Source: Lingula anatina (lineage: Eukaryota; Animalia; Brachiopoda). Taken from it: a stretch of DNA of 64,000 nt. Positions 26,959-40,528 of the stretch are shown in pieces. Numbering within the stretch: the stretch's first letter is position 1; every line of letters starts with the position of its first letter. The translations under genes were made by a program, and so were the position numbers. The notes beneath the pieces are model-generated. The model saw nothing but the letters and a program-made list of their open reading frames with translations. It ran no database searches and was not told where the DNA came from. The stretch spans positions 21,226,534 to 21,290,533 of the forward strand of contig CM120644.1 of NCBI GenBank assembly GCA_051362555.1. Reading direction: 5' to 3'.

Positions 26959-27919
26959 CTGAAAGACAAAACTTTAAAGTTTTAAAACCTATAACTGAAC
27001 TAAGATCTGTATAAATTTCTTAACATATACATGCCCAGTAGCCAGGGGGGGTGTGGGTCCCTTTTTGCTGGGAAAAAGTTCCCTCTGAGTAAAATTTTAT
27101 CTAAATACATGAGGATTACATGGTAAAAGGTCCATTTTTTGTCAAAAAAGAATCCCCCTTTTGAAACTGCTGGCTGCTGAAGGGTTTCAAAAATTGAATT
27201 AATAGAATGACTTATCACATCATGTACAAAACCAGCCTGGCATGTGTGACAACATGGACCTAATTAGAGATCTGCTTATTATGTCCATGGTGACAAATAC
27301 AAACTGACTGATAAAATCACTTCTTGTCTTTTAACTAGCTAGATGTAGCTTGATGGTGTCATGTTACATGTTTACCAAAGCTTAGTGAAGTAATAACAGA
27401 TAATTATATGCAATGGGTTGTGCAGATAACATCTTTAAATTATGGCATCTGAAGTATTGGAGAAAAATTACTTCAACCAATCAGATACGTCCACTGTAAC
27501 CAGCAGTTAACATTGTCCAATAGAATGACTGGATTCAAGATGTTAAACAGGGGGTTCCTAATACAACTTTATGCATTGCTCAGTACAAAAACTAGGTGCA
27601 TTGGTAATGTTAACAACAAGTTCATACAGAATCCAAATGGATATTCATATGGTGCTCTAAGGGTTGAATTGTGAAGACAATTTCAGTATTAGAAAGGACA
27701 TATCAAGCCTCAATAAGTCTTACACCTTATCCAAGTGACTGACTGGCTCACAGTAAAATGTTAGACAGTGGTATAACAACAACTGACAGGACTTTTCTGG
27801 AAAAGGAATGAAAAACCAAAAAAGGGGAATTATGTGAAATGTAGCCTTGGAATTAGGGCTCATTGTGACTAGTGACAAAAAGTTTTCAGTGATTAATCAT
27901 CTTATGAAATTCAAGAAAA

Positions 27920-28922
27920 TAATTATACTGGAGAGAAACCTTACAAGTATAGATTTTGTGTCAAGATTTTTATACCACCAATTAAATTCTTATAGCATTC
28001 AGTAAAAATGTGCACAGGAGAGAGACCTTACAAGTGTAGATTCTGTGACAAGACTTTTACTCAAAAAGGCCACTGTACTAGGCATGAAAGAATTCATACC
28101 GGAGAGAAACCTTACAAGTGCGGATTCTGTGATAAAACTTTTAGAGACAAAAGTAATTGCAGTGCGCATGAAAGGATTCACACAGGAGAGAAATCTTACA
28201 AGTGTAGATTCTGTGAGGTAACTTTTACACATAAAAATTCTTGCATATATCATGAAAGAATTCACACAGGAGAGAGGCCTTTCAAGTGTAGATTCTGTGA
28301 CAAAACTTTCACTCAAAGAAGCCATTGCACAGAGCATGAGAAAATTCACACAGGAGAGAAACCTTAAAAGTGTAGATTCTGTTACAGAACTTTTACTCAA
28401 AAATGCCATTGCACAGAGCATGAAAGAATCCATACTGGAGAGAAACCTTACAAGTGTAGATTCTGTGAGGAAACTTTCACACATAAAAAATCTTGCATAT
28501 ATCATGAGAGAATTCACAGAAGAGAGAAACTTTTAAAGTGTAGATTCTGTGACAAAACTTCTAAAGACAAAATTTCTTGCTTAGAACATGACAGAATTCA
28601 CACAGGAGAGAAACCTTACAAGTGTAGATTCTGTGAGGAAACTTTTACACGAAAAAATTCTTGCAAATGTCATGAAAAAAATCACATCATGATCACAGAT
28701 GAAAAAAGTCACATGGAAAATAAACGGGCAAACAATGAAGCCATAACCCATCATGAGGAAGAAAGAACAGAATACAATCATAAAGATGATGACACTTTTA
28801 CCACAGAGAATATCACCATCATTACTGACAATGACGTCTATGAAATATTTACTGGCATAAAAAGGACCACGCAAGGTGTCATCACTACAGATATAAAAAA
28901 TCCTTTGTACAGCTCTCAATGA
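27920..28922 (+). pseudogene. Tandem C2H2 zinc-finger array (about 8 fingers plus acidic tail), disrupted; copy 1
   Basis: 84-bp [21 protein letters not shown] repeats. ORF 28008-28367 ends at TAA and later fingers are frameshifted. Confidence 0.9.
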
Positions 28923-29131
28923 TATGTTCAGATGACAGAAACAGAAAACAAACTCTTACCATATAACTTTGCTAATTTTGGACAATTTAAGAACAATCAA
29001 ATTTTGTAACTGATGCAATTTTATTTGCTCAGTGCTTATCAATTATTCTATACTTTGTAGGTTCATTATTCATAAAATGTTCAAATGATAAAAACAGAAA
29101 AAAACTAACACCTCATAACTGAGCTATTTTT

Positions 29132-29560
29132 CAGGCCTAACCAACTACCAGACTCGGCACCTAAGGATCCTGAATTAACCGGTGTCACATGTATAAACCG
29201 TCGTCGTGAATAAACCGTTCTGACGGATCATTCACGCGGGGGTAGCAGTCTGTTGACTTACAGTACGTAGCTGCACATGCATTTCCAACATTTCCCCTTA
29301 GAGAAAGTCGTAGTATTATCAAACACACAATTTCTTTTTAGTGAAAATGACTAAACTCAAAATTGAAAGAACATTGTAGAGTGAAAAGATTTATACTACG
29401 AGTCTTAGATCTGCCAAGTTTTTCACACAGAGCAAAACAGGTGTTCTGACTGATACTCCGAAATGCGATCTGACACACACCTTGAAAACGGGTAGTGTGG
29501 TCAGATATACCGGTTAATTCAGGATCCTTAGGTGCCGAGTCTGGTAGTTGGTTAGGCCTG
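29132..29560. mobile_element. MITE with ~52-bp TIR (CAGG termini), 5-bp TSD TTTTT
   Basis: caggcctaaccaactaccagactcggcacctaaggatcctgaattaaccggt and its reverse complement at the other end. Empty site gctatttttggaca in the paralog near 47167. Confidence 0.9.
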
Positions 29561-30060
29561 TTTTTGGACATTTGAAAAACAATCACATTTTGTAATCTAT
29601 ACAATTTTTATTTGTTCAGTGTTAATCAATAATTATTACTTTTATACTGCATAGGTTCATAATTCATCAGATCATTTACTTCCATGATTAGACACATTGT
29701 CTATGGAAGATCATCTATAAAAAAGAATTGTACTTAGTCAAATACAGTCAAATATTACGCTAGAAAATCCCTCTCTTCTACCTTTATTGTTGAAAACAGA
29801 TAGAGAAATAGGCAAGTGTTTCATTTTCAAAGAACTTACATTTAGTAGATGAAAAGAATTTAAATTATTTAATTTTTATGTATGAAATTCATATATCCAA
29901 TGACTTTTTAATGTATGAAATTTATATATCCAATTAGAGACAGAATAAAGGAGTTGAAAAAGAAACATCTTTTTCTTTATTTAACAAAATATCAAACTTC
30001 AAATGAATATTTGATAATACCAGACAAAGAAGACAGCTCTTTATAGACTTTAAAGACATA

Positions 30061-30275
30061 GGCTCTATTCCCATAGATTTTAGATCGATCTATCCCCGCG
30101 GGGAGTCTCACTAGATTACTTTCAGATAATCCGACTTAAATGTCCGTCCCGCCTACTACAAGCTGTAATGTCGTAATTAACTTTCGTGTCCGCCCGGCTG
30201 ACAGCTATTTAGCGTGAACCCCCAGGGAGTTAGATTGATCTAAAGTAGGTCGATCTAATCTATGGAAATGGGGTG
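30061..30275. mobile_element. Small MITE with imperfect TIRs, ~3-bp TSD (ATA), Harbinger-like
   Basis: ggctctattcccatagatt ... aatctatggaaatggggtg. Absent from the paralog near 47568 (aaatagattcaatg). Confidence 0.7.
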
Positions 30276-31827
30276 ATAGATTCAATGACAGATAGGCAAG
30301 TCAGATATTGAAAGAGTTTAAAATCTCAAAAAAGAAAGAAAGAAAAATGGAAAAAAGAAAAAAACAGGAATTATCCCTGCAGATGTGAAACTATATGCTT
30401 TGTCTACAAGAAGTCAATGTTTTACCACTTTTCCCTGGTTTTCTGACCAGCCATCAACAAGTCACTACTGTGTCAGCACAATTTCAATATTTTAATTTAT
30501 CAACTGAACACAAGTTCACCTAACATTCTGTATCAGTGGGTCAGAGACATTTAATAATTCACAGGCAATTTCTGTAACTTCACATGATAACTTTTTATTG
30601 TAGTCCGTAATTCCACATAATATGTTATGTTAAGTCTAAAGAGGTAAAGTAAGCTTGTTGACTATTCTGATTAATTAATCAGAATAATCAACAAGCTTAC
30701 TTTAATAAGATGTTTAGTTCATGAAGCCATTGTTTTGGTTTGATACTAAAGAGAGTAATTCCCCACATTTCATTATAATGTAACTGAGCAAGCAACAAGT
30801 GAACATTACATGACTGAAACTGGTTATAAATAGTATCAGATTTTTTCATAGCAATTTGCATGTAAATATTTTGACCACAAATCAGGAAAGTAGTATTACT
30901 GCGTTATCCAACACTATATAATAATAAAAAAAAAAAATAATAATAAATCAACATATATGTCAATGAATCATAATGCCAAAACATGGAAAATTCAGTAGTA
31001 AGAAAAAAGGCTCACCCAGTGGCGGATTTAGAAGTGGTTATTATTGATATCATATATAAACTTAGCATTGCTATAAAATCTATGAAAAATACAAATATAA
31101 CCCACTGACAAAGACATCTGTATTGTGGCCAACTGATGACCTCATCACTAATGGTAAGTTTACCTGAGTGTCCCTCGTGATATTTTCCTGACTTGTTAAC
31201 AACTGACCACTAAGTGACGGCCTTGAGTTGCCTGGCCAGGGTAGAAATAGTGCTGCGGTAGACTCCTGTGCTGATGGACCGCCCTCCACCCCCCCCCTTC
31301 CGCCCCTTGCTCAGGGCTGACGCAGTTGATTGTTAGGGACTCCCCCTCCCCCTTACGTGTTATGGAATAGACTTCACGGATCCCGCTAAATAATAGAATG
31401 TTCTCGGGTAAATAAAAAGTGGCTTTCATGGGTTACAATTACACCCTAATTAAAGTTTGAAAATGCATAACAATAGTGAATGATTCTTAAATAAATTGAC
31501 TGGTTAGTGCTGAGGGAACGCATTCGCCCTCTGCTCAGGGGTGACGGAGTTGGTTGCGAAAGGTTTAAGCCCCCCCCTCCTCACGTCCCCCACTATTCCG
31601 GCTTCTCACCCTGAGCTTCAAAGATAACTTAAAACAAACCTCTACACTATGGCACACCCTTGTCGTTTCCAGTTACTTGAAACGACAAGGGTTAATTACG
31701 ATTAATATCTGAAGTTCAGGGTGCGGCTCCAACACCTGTGTGTCAAAACTATCTGAAATCTGAATCTGAAATAGTTTATTCTCATTTACTGTACATTTAC
31801 AGTTTACAGAGCATATATATATATACA

Positions 31828-34800
31828 TCAACCTGAAGGCTTGACCCCCTTATTCACAATACTAATGAATTTGTACAAATTATTCAGTTTTTTCTTATTT
31901 TTCGTTGAAAATATTTCATACATTTTAATTACATTCGGTCTAATACATGCTTTTTTTGGAATATATAAGTTTCGACTTTCTGCAAAAAAGGTACATCTAA
32001 AGACATAATGAAATTCATCCCCTATTTCATTTTTACACAAGTTGCATAATCTCAAATTTCTAGGTATTTTTTTCCATCTGCCCGTTTCAATTGGTAATCT
32101 ATGATTTGTTGTTCTGAATCTAGCTATTGTAATTATTTTGTGTGTACATAAAGTAGAAAGTATATAATTCCTGCATTTTTAAACTCTGAGTTTGTGAAAA
32201 TACTATAGCTTAACCCTTTACTAGAGTTGTTACAATCTGAATTCCATTCTTGTATATACTGATCCTGCAATTTCTGTTTAACACAATTTATAAGCCATTC
32301 CTTGTTACAGACATCCTGTGTGCTAAATATATTACTTAAACCACAGTTATCCAGAATGGATTTCAGATTTCCCATCCACTTACATTCACATCCCTGCATA
32401 AATCTGTTATAAACGAGTTTATACAATATATATGAAAATTTACTTTGTTTACCTGTGAGCAAGTTTATCCAGAATGATACAATTCTTCCTTTTATAATAA
32501 TACTTAATGGCATTCTACCTAATTCCCCATATATCATTATCTTGGGAGTGCTGGTTTTTAGATTTAATAGATATCTACAAAATTTCAAGTGCACCTGTTC
32601 TATGATTTCTAAATTACCAAATCCCCATACTTCACACCCATATAATAAAATCGGAACAATAATCTTATCAAAGAGATATAGCTGATCAACAATGCTTAGA
32701 TTTAGATGCCTTGCTTTCTTAAATATCCCATACATAGCTTTAGTTGCTTTCTTTGCTGAATACCTTTTTGTTTCTGAAAATGATCCCGTTTTAGAGAAAT
32801 AAACTCCTAAGTACTTGAAACAATTAACTATTTCTACATTTTGGTTATTAAAAGTAAATTTTATATTCTTTTGGGTGCGGCCCTTAGAAACTATCATGAT
32901 TTTTGTCTTTTCTACATTTACTTTTAACTTCCATATCTGACAGTAGGTGGAGTAGCAATTAAGTTGATATTGTAGGTTTTCTTTTGAATCTGCTAGGAGA
33001 ACCGTATCATCTGCATATAGTATGATCATTATTTGCATTAATATGTGTAGTTCATGTTCTAGTTCATCTGTTACATGTGATAAGCCTGTGACATCTTTTT
33101 GCATTAGAAATTCTTCAAGATCATTTAAAAATACTGAGAATAAGAAGGGTGATAGGTTTTCGCCCTGTCGTACTCCTGTTTTGCATGGGAAATATTCCGA
33201 TAATATACCATTTAAAGATATTCTAGATTTACAGCCATTATACATGTTTACAATAACGTTCAGACATTTTCCATTTACATTGAGATTCATTAGCTTCACC
33301 CATAACCCTGCCCTCCATATTTTATCAAAAGCTGCTTTTAGATCTATGAAAGCACAATATAATTTCTTTTTTGATGCAACTGAAAGGTCTATAAGTGTAT
33401 TTAATGTAAATATGTGATCAATGGTAGAATAGTTGGCTCGGAAGCCAGCTTGGTTTTCCTGTAACAGCATAAAGTTGTCAGAGTAATCAGTTAGTCTTTT
33501 ACATAATATAGAAGTGAATACTTTACCCAGACAACTGAGTAAAGTAATTGGCCTATAGTTCTTTGGGTCATTTATATTTCCCTTTTGCTTATAGATTGGG
33601 ATTATAGTGCCTATTAACCATGCTTCTGGTAAAATACCAGTATCTAATACCAAATTAAATAATTTTTTATAGATTGGCATCATAGTGCTGGCAGAAGAGA
33701 TAATATACTCATTCAATATCTTGTCAGCACCAGCACTTTTATTTTTCTTTAATTTTTTTATTGTGTTTTGGATTTCAGTTTCAGTAATTGGTTCATTAAG
33801 CATTTCATTATTTATCTGGTTATGGTTATAATTCGGTGGGTTATTTCCATCTACACTACTGTTTACTTCCTTGAAATAATTGTAAAACTCGTCTAGGTTT
33901 TTTATTTCCAGTCTTTGTTCAGATTTTTTGTTTAATATTTTCCAATATTCCTTTGGACTTGCATACCTGAGTTTCCTTATTTTGTTCATAATAGTTATTC
34001 TATGCTTTTTTATTCTATTATCTAGTGTGGTCTTGTAGCACTTTTCTGCTTTTCTAAGTTCACTTTTGAAAATATTTGACCCGTACTTATTGTATAACCT
34101 TTTTGCTCTTCTATATTGTTTTTTAGTTTCTAAACATTTTTTGTCAAACCATACATTATTTTTCCTTTTCTTAAGAGTTTCATTTTTGTTACTAATTCTA
34201 TACTTGTATGTCCCTAGCGCTAATTTAGCTGAGTTAAGCAAAATTTCAGCGATTTTTTCTGTGATAAAGTCTATTTTCTCCTTACAGACATCATTTATGT
34301 TAAGATTACCAATGTATTGCAAAATTTTGTCACTTTCTTGTTTATCAATATTATCACAAAATAGGGTTGATCTGGTGTTGTCCCATGCTTTGATTTTTTC
34401 AATAAAAAGGTCTGTTGTTTTCTTAACTTTATCTGTTTGTTGTTTGTGTTGACCGCTTTTGAGTGAACAAGACAATGGTAAATGTATATCAGAGAAAAGT
34501 TTAGAAAAATCTAATATTTCAAAGTCAACTACACCCCTTATAAATTCTGGTGTTCCTATGCAATAATCTACAACACTTGACCTAATTGTGGTAAACTTGC
34601 CTTTCTCTAGTCTACCATTTAGCACAAAAAGATTATTTGATTTACATAGATTTAGTAAGTAATATCCGTAATTATTTTTCTTGGCATCATTTGACTGCCT
34701 TTTTCTAGGAATGTTCAGTTCATCAAGTTTAGCAATATCATTTAATCTGTCAATGTCTGGGTCACCTGTATTAAGTTCATGACTAGTTACTTCATCTGTG

Positions 34801-35364
34801 GCCCAGAAATCATCATTTGTTCCTATTCCAGCATTAAAATCTCCTATTAAACAAATTTTATCGTATGTAAAGCTTATGACAAGATATTCTCTTTCAATTT
34901 CATTAAATGCATCTGGTGAGCTGTAGTTAGACTTCTCAGGGGGTATATAAACAACACCTAGGATACAGTCATCATTAAAGTCTAAACATGATCCATCAAT
35001 TTTGAACCATTGAATGTATTCTGAGTCAGTTTCAAGTGGTTCTATAAAACTAGCTAATTGATTTTTACACCCAAGTGCCAAGAACTATTCCACCTGAACG
35101 ATAGTTTGAAAATGCTTTTCTATGTTTAGCAAATAATGTAAAGTTTGGCAAATCAATATTGTCTTGTTCATCAGTTTTTGATTCTGTAAAACATACTATA
35201 TCATATTTTTCAATTAGTTCTCTAAAGTCTGGGTATTGCAATCTCCTGCTTAGCCCACATACATTTAAATAAAAAAGTTTAAGATCCTCTGTTATGTCAT
35301 AGTCTAGATTTGTACTGTTACTAGTGCTGTTACCTTCTCTTGGGGGGTCATTAGGATATAACAT
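31828..35364 (-). CDS. LINE ORF2 (APE endonuclease, reverse transcriptase, CCHC motif) with two frameshifts
   Basis: YLNVCGL, TESK, GDFNA, SDIHLP, NYRPITLL, QGENLSP and LYADD motifs. Frame breaks near 35070 and 32170. Confidence 0.9.
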
Positions 35365-35418
35365 ATTTATTCTCAGATTATCAAGTTCATATTGGATATT
35401 GGTGCCTCCATGGTTGTC

Positions 35419-36458
35419 CTATGTTCCATGTACCGATCCCGGTGTGGAGCGTGGGGTTTCCTGGGTTCGTTTCGCCGGTTGTTCAGAGTCGGGCACAAAT
35501 AGCACGTTGTTGATATACAGTTTATCATAAACCATTACCGCTTTCTTTTGTTGTCTCTTTGCTGACTTATAAAAGGGATAGAGCATCTTTCTTTTCTCGT
35601 TAATTTCACGGGGGTATTGTTCATTAATCCCATATTTATTGTTTTCTATACCTTTGAGTGTCACCGCTCTTTTCTTAATGTTGTCTCTTACTTTAGAGTT
35701 GGCAAATTTAGCTATAATTGGTCGTGGTTTACCTGGTGTCTTTTTCCCCATTCTGTGTACTCTATGGAAAGCTGGCATGTGTTCCACCTTCATTTTATTT
35801 TCCAGAAAATCGACAAGTATGGTTTCTGTGTCTTCCTCGTCTGTTTCATCAATCCCCGTGAAAATAAGGTTATCGCGCATGCTTCGGGCCTGTAGGTCTA
35901 CTTGTTTTTCCTTCAGTGTTACGATTTCGTTTTTCAAGTGTGTAAGGTTATCTTGTACTGCGTCGATAACTTTCGTAGTTTTTGCCTCGTCCTTTTCAAG
36001 CATTTTCACATTTTTCTGCATCTCTTTCAGTTCAATTCGGTTGGTTTCTGATATTGTGTTTAAAGCACTGAGTCCATCTTCAATTTCCCCGACCTTATCT
36101 TTCATACCTTTCATCTCGTTTTTCATGGTCTCCATCGCATTCTCCATGCGATCTATTACGTCAGCCAGCGGTCTATTACGTCTAGCTTTTCCAGTCGTGC
36201 ATTTTCCTCGTCAACCTTTCTAGTAAGATTTCCAATCAATCCATACAAGTCTCCTGGTTGGGGCACTGGTGAAACATATCCCGGGAATTGTCCCTGGGGA
36301 GAAAACTGCAAAAACCCTTGTGGCTGTGGTGCTTGGCTCATTGTTGAGCTCACATATGGTATTGGCGTCGAGTGATTCGTTGTCACTTGTATCTTGTTGA
36401 CGCTTTCTCCACTGAAATTCTTTTCTTTGTTTTTCCTTTTGTTGTTTTTCTTTACCAT
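35419..36458 (-). CDS. LINE ORF1 (L1-like coiled coil plus RRM), one internal stop
   Basis: QARSMRDNLIFTGI, HRVHRMG and PRPIIAKF motifs. Break at about 36156 coincides with a local duplication of tctattacgtc. Confidence 0.85.
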
Positions 36459-36869
36459 GGTATGCGGGCGTAACTATAATTTTCATCATACCTCATGCTA
36501 CTAAGCTGTCAAGGTAGAATCCTTTCAATAAAGAAGAAAATGTAGAGGACCTCGTTCATGAGCCTCTCCCACGACCGGAACCGGAACCATGACCCCATCA
36601 TGACAATACACTCGTACCCCTGTATTTATTTCACGTACAGCTCTGCGACTCGTATTGTATCTATCACATACTAGCCTACTATAGTACAACATCTGTCAAC
36701 TCTCCTCAATATGTCAATCACAAATTAAGCACTTAATTGTCAGTGTCAGATTTTCGCGGTATTGACTATGAAGTCGGCACAAGGGTAGCCAAGACCATTG
36801 ACATGAGCGCCATCTAGCGTCAAATCGAGTTTTGGCTTCTACAAGTTGCGTTTTGACGTCTACTAGTCG

Positions 36870-37125
36870 TATTTTGCCGTCTGATCTGATAATAACGACG
36901 ACTACTCGTGTAACGACGACGACTAATCGTGTTTTCAATTCGACTGATCTGATAACGACGACAACTACTCGTGTTTTCAATTCGACTGATCTGATAACGA
37001 CGACTAATCGTGTTTTCAATTCGACTGATCTGATAACGACGACGACTACTCGTGTAATGACGACGACTAATCGTGTTTTCAATTCGACTGATCTGATAAC
37101 GACGACGACTAAACGTGTTTTGAAT
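36870..37125. repeat. Minisatellite with 39-60 bp variable units
   Basis: gttttcaattcgactgatctgataacgacgac(g/a)acta repeated about 5 times. Confidence 0.85.
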
Positions 37126-37868
37126 TTTTATATAAACCGCCGCCCATATTATGTAAGAGCCCTTTGCGTGTTGAGTACGGCGCACCCCCTCACATCTATA
37201 ACGAACAAAGTCGAAAACACGACGGGACAGCGAGTATAAAAGGCGTGCTCATGTGATGACGCATGCTCGTGTCTCGACAATTTCGTTGTGCAACAATTTT
37301 CAAAAATTTTGAATTTTGCTCAATTCAGATTCTAATCTAATTCAGATTCAAAAGACAAGGGAAAGAAGCTTAAAGAGCAGAAAAGAAGTTTGGAGGAAAA
37401 AGACAGAAAACGAAGTGCTTAAGTACTTCTTTTTTATTACTTAATAATTTTACAAATATATTGTTGCCTGAAAAAAAGGACATAGCTGCGTTATCTTAGA
37501 TTAAAACTAACTTTGCATTAAGTTAATAAAAAAATAAAAATAAATAAATAAATAAAAGGCCGTACAAGATATATATACAGTAACTACTGAGTACAGTAGG
37601 AGAACGAAATTAATTTTGCAAAAACATTTCTCAAAAATCACAAGGAAGAGCTGTAGACCTACGTACTGTCAAGCTGCACACTAAGTCTGAGATCGACTTC
37701 GTGTAACGTTCTTTATTTTTCCCAATATATTTCGAATAAAAATAGTCAATTCTGGGTCCCAAGAGGGTGGTGCATCTTGAAAAAAAAAGCATTATAGAAA
37801 GTGTTGTAAATTACGAATGGGGTTTACAAAGCCAGAGAATCTATGCCTTGGGGGAGAAGTGTTTTTGC

Positions 37869-38040
37869 GGAGTATCGGTACGCGGGAGTATCAGTGCGGG
37901 GGAGTATCGGTGCGGGGATGTAAAGAAGCGGGGGAGTATCGGTGCGAGGGAGTATCGGTGCAGAGATGTAAAGAAGCGGGGGAGTATCGGTGCGGGGATG
38001 TAAAGAAGTGGGGGAGCATCGGTGCGGGGGAGAATCGGTA
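37869..38040. repeat. G-rich minisatellite (ggagtatcggtgcgg / gatgtaaagaagcgg units)
   Basis: 15-16 bp units repeated about 10 times. Confidence 0.85.
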
Positions 38041-38820
38041 CGTAACCATTAAGATAACATGTGAAGATAACTTAGGATAACGTGTTTTCTTAGAAATAAA
38101 ACGGAGAAAGTAATCACAACTCAACTTAACTACTTGCACAAAGAGTGCACAATAATACAAGCGGGTGATTAGTAATGAAAACAGTTAATCTAAGGCCGGG
38201 GGGGGGGGGAGGGTAAGCTACGGGAAGGATCTAGCTGAGAACGTAACTACGATCTAGCAACTACTAATACTATAATAGTAACTGGAAAAAATAAGATTAT
38301 TTAAATTAAAATCTATTCTAAATTACATAAAGTTGTGCTTAATGCAAGACGGGTAACCCCCGCAGGGGCACCCTATTAAATAAAAATAAATCGAACTAAC
38401 TGGCGCTAGCTGTCTTGAAAAAATTTCAACGAGAGAATTGTAAGATTCGAATCGCCCCGACTTTGAGCTCTGCCCTATTTATAGACTCGCCTCGTTACGT
38501 CATCACTCGACGCGGTCAAAGGTCAGGGTCGTGACCTAACAGCATGGCCGCTCAGCATGGAAGTGTGGCCAGCATGTGCATTAGAATTTTGGACTATTTT
38601 TACCCTTTTTATGGATTACAATGAAAGACTAAACTACGGAGTTCGTTTGGATAAACACTAGGACATAAGGCTCTGAGGAAAACGAAGTTTTTAGGTAGGA
38701 TTAGTGAAAGATAACTAGAAAAAAATAAAAACAGGTTATAGCAGACGATCGTGCAGCCTGTGTTTACATTACGTCTAATGATTTCTTATAGCGGATTCGT
38801 AGCCTCACTGACCCCAATTG

Positions 38821-40120
38821 TTACAATATGTAAAATTCACTCATCTTGTCCGCAAGAGTTTTTAATGAAACTGTTCCAGGGTGGGTGGTATTAGTTGACT
38901 TCCCTAATAAGCTGTTCACTGTGTTGAACAAAGCTTTGTTGCCACCATTGCAACCATTGATTAAATCTGAAAAGTAGGACTCCTTTGCTTTCCTGATAAA
39001 AGAGTTGACATGAGCGCACTGAGTGTTTTGTAGCATTCATGATGTACTGTTAGTCTAGTGCCCCTCCAAAGACGCTCCATCCTCCTTCTTTCTCTCTTTG
39101 AATCCAATATTTCATCATTCATCCATGGCTGTAACTGCTTTTTGCAAATGTTTTTAGTCTTAAGGGTTGCTACCGGGTCTATAACGCTGTGGTGAGAACA
39201 CTGACATAAATATTAACACAATCAGTCGTCAGTTTGTTAGTATACTGAGTTACACTTAATTGAGCACAGATATTCGTATTCAAGTCATCAAGATGAACAG
39301 ATTTGAGTTTCCTATAAGAGATTTTTTCTTTTGTTGGATGAGGCTTACCACATTTCAGCTCACTGATGATTATATGGTGATCTGACAGCAGATGTCCTAT
39401 GTTACAATCACTAATGATGTCATCACAGTCTCTCGTGAGTACCAGATCAAGGGTATGTCCATGGATGTGTGTGGGGCCCGTTACATGTTGCCTTAAGCCA
39501 AATGACTCATTGATTGATAAAAAATTTTTAGTATCCGGAGAGTCAGTCATTTCCCAGTGAAGGTTCATGTCTCCCACAATAAGTAGTTTACCAGGTAGTG
39601 GTCCCAGATGTTCAAGTAAGTCACTGAATTCATTTAAAAAGTCGGATTTACCCAATTTGTTTTTCTTAGATGGAGGTATTCTGTAAATAGTCACTAGTCT
39701 AAAATAATCTGAAACAGCAGTTACCAAAACCTCAATGTACTCGAAAGAAGTGGGAGAGAGCACTTTAGGTACCCTCTTAACTTTAAAATTGTTCTTGGCT
39801 AGGAATGCCACTCCTCCACCCTGAGTGTTTCTCGTGGTATCTGCACACATTGGTATCCTCTTGGGACAAAGTCAGCTGTCAAGGTTTGTTGTAAATCAGT
39901 AGTGATCCATGTTTCCACCATTGAAACAAAGTCAAAATTGTTCTCAATTATAATATCCTGAATGATCGATCCCTTGTTTCATACTGATCGACAGTTCATG
40001 TAAGCAAGCTTGACCAATGGGGAAATGTTTGTATTTTGTGTCACTATTTCCACTAAATTTGCACTATTTACTCCATTCTGTCTAGGTTGAAGTTTGCATC
40101 TCTGGTGATGACTGTTTGAT
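38821..40120 (-). mobile_element. L2/CR1-type LINE ORF2 fragment (APE endonuclease region), frameshifted and 3'-truncated
   Basis: AYMNCRSV, VETW, GGGVAF, IYRIPP, VGDMNLH, THIHGHTLDLV and SDHH motifs. Confidence 0.85.
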
Positions 40121-40411
40121 TCAACTGTTTTGAGTTGGTGAATATCCTTCAGGTGATGGCCAACAATAATAATAAAAAATTAACCCAACTGCAGGAATCA
40201 TTTGTAAGCAAGCTTGACCAATGGGGAAATGTTTGTATTTTGTGTCACTATTTCCACTAAATTTGCACTATTTACTCCATTCTGTCTAGGTTGAAGTTTG
40301 CATCTCTGGTGATGACTGTTTGAGTCAACTGTTTTGAGTTGGTGAATATCCTTCAGGTGATGGCCAACAATAATAATAAAAAATTAACCCAACTGCAGGA
40401 ATCATTTGTAA
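40001..40411. repeat. 204-bp near-identical tandem duplication spanning the LINE fragment / segmental duplication junction
   Basis: taagcaagcttgacc...ggaatcatttgtaa starts at both 40001 and 40205. Confidence 0.9.
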
Positions 40412-40528
40412 ATTAGGAAGAAAACATGCATCTTTTTCATATTGCCCAATGCAAGTCCTGATATATTTCTTTAACTGTTTTGATAAATAAATAAATAAAT
40501 AAATAAATACCACATGGAACAGTTTTAC

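Larger units (their letters stand above)
25600..31752 (+). repeat. Segmental duplication, copy 1
   Basis: Collinear similarity to 40150-49442 across HEATR3 remnants, the ZNF array and the downstream flank, ending at gtgtcaaaactatc in both copies. Confidence 0.9.
31753..36590 (-). mobile_element. Near full-length two-ORF non-LTR retrotransposon, RTE-X-like
   Basis: ORF1 (coiled coil plus RRM), then APE-RT ORF2 with C-terminal HRLPIETGRW..C..C...GDEFHY..C motif, then AATAAA and a short (TTCAGA)n tail. Clade assignment is inferred from the C-terminal motif. Confidence 0.85.

Noticed and set aside
33022-36223. Plus-strand ORFs over the LINE (131, 128 and 194 aa)
   Set aside because: Antisense shadows of ORF1 and ORF2.
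36870-37125. CRISPR-like repeat/spacer appearance (also 59715-60186)
   Set aside because: No unique spacers, no cas genes, and a eukaryotic context.
36714-37239. Thr-rich mucin-like ORF and overlapping ORFs
   Set aside because: Products of the minisatellite, with no splice or signal context.
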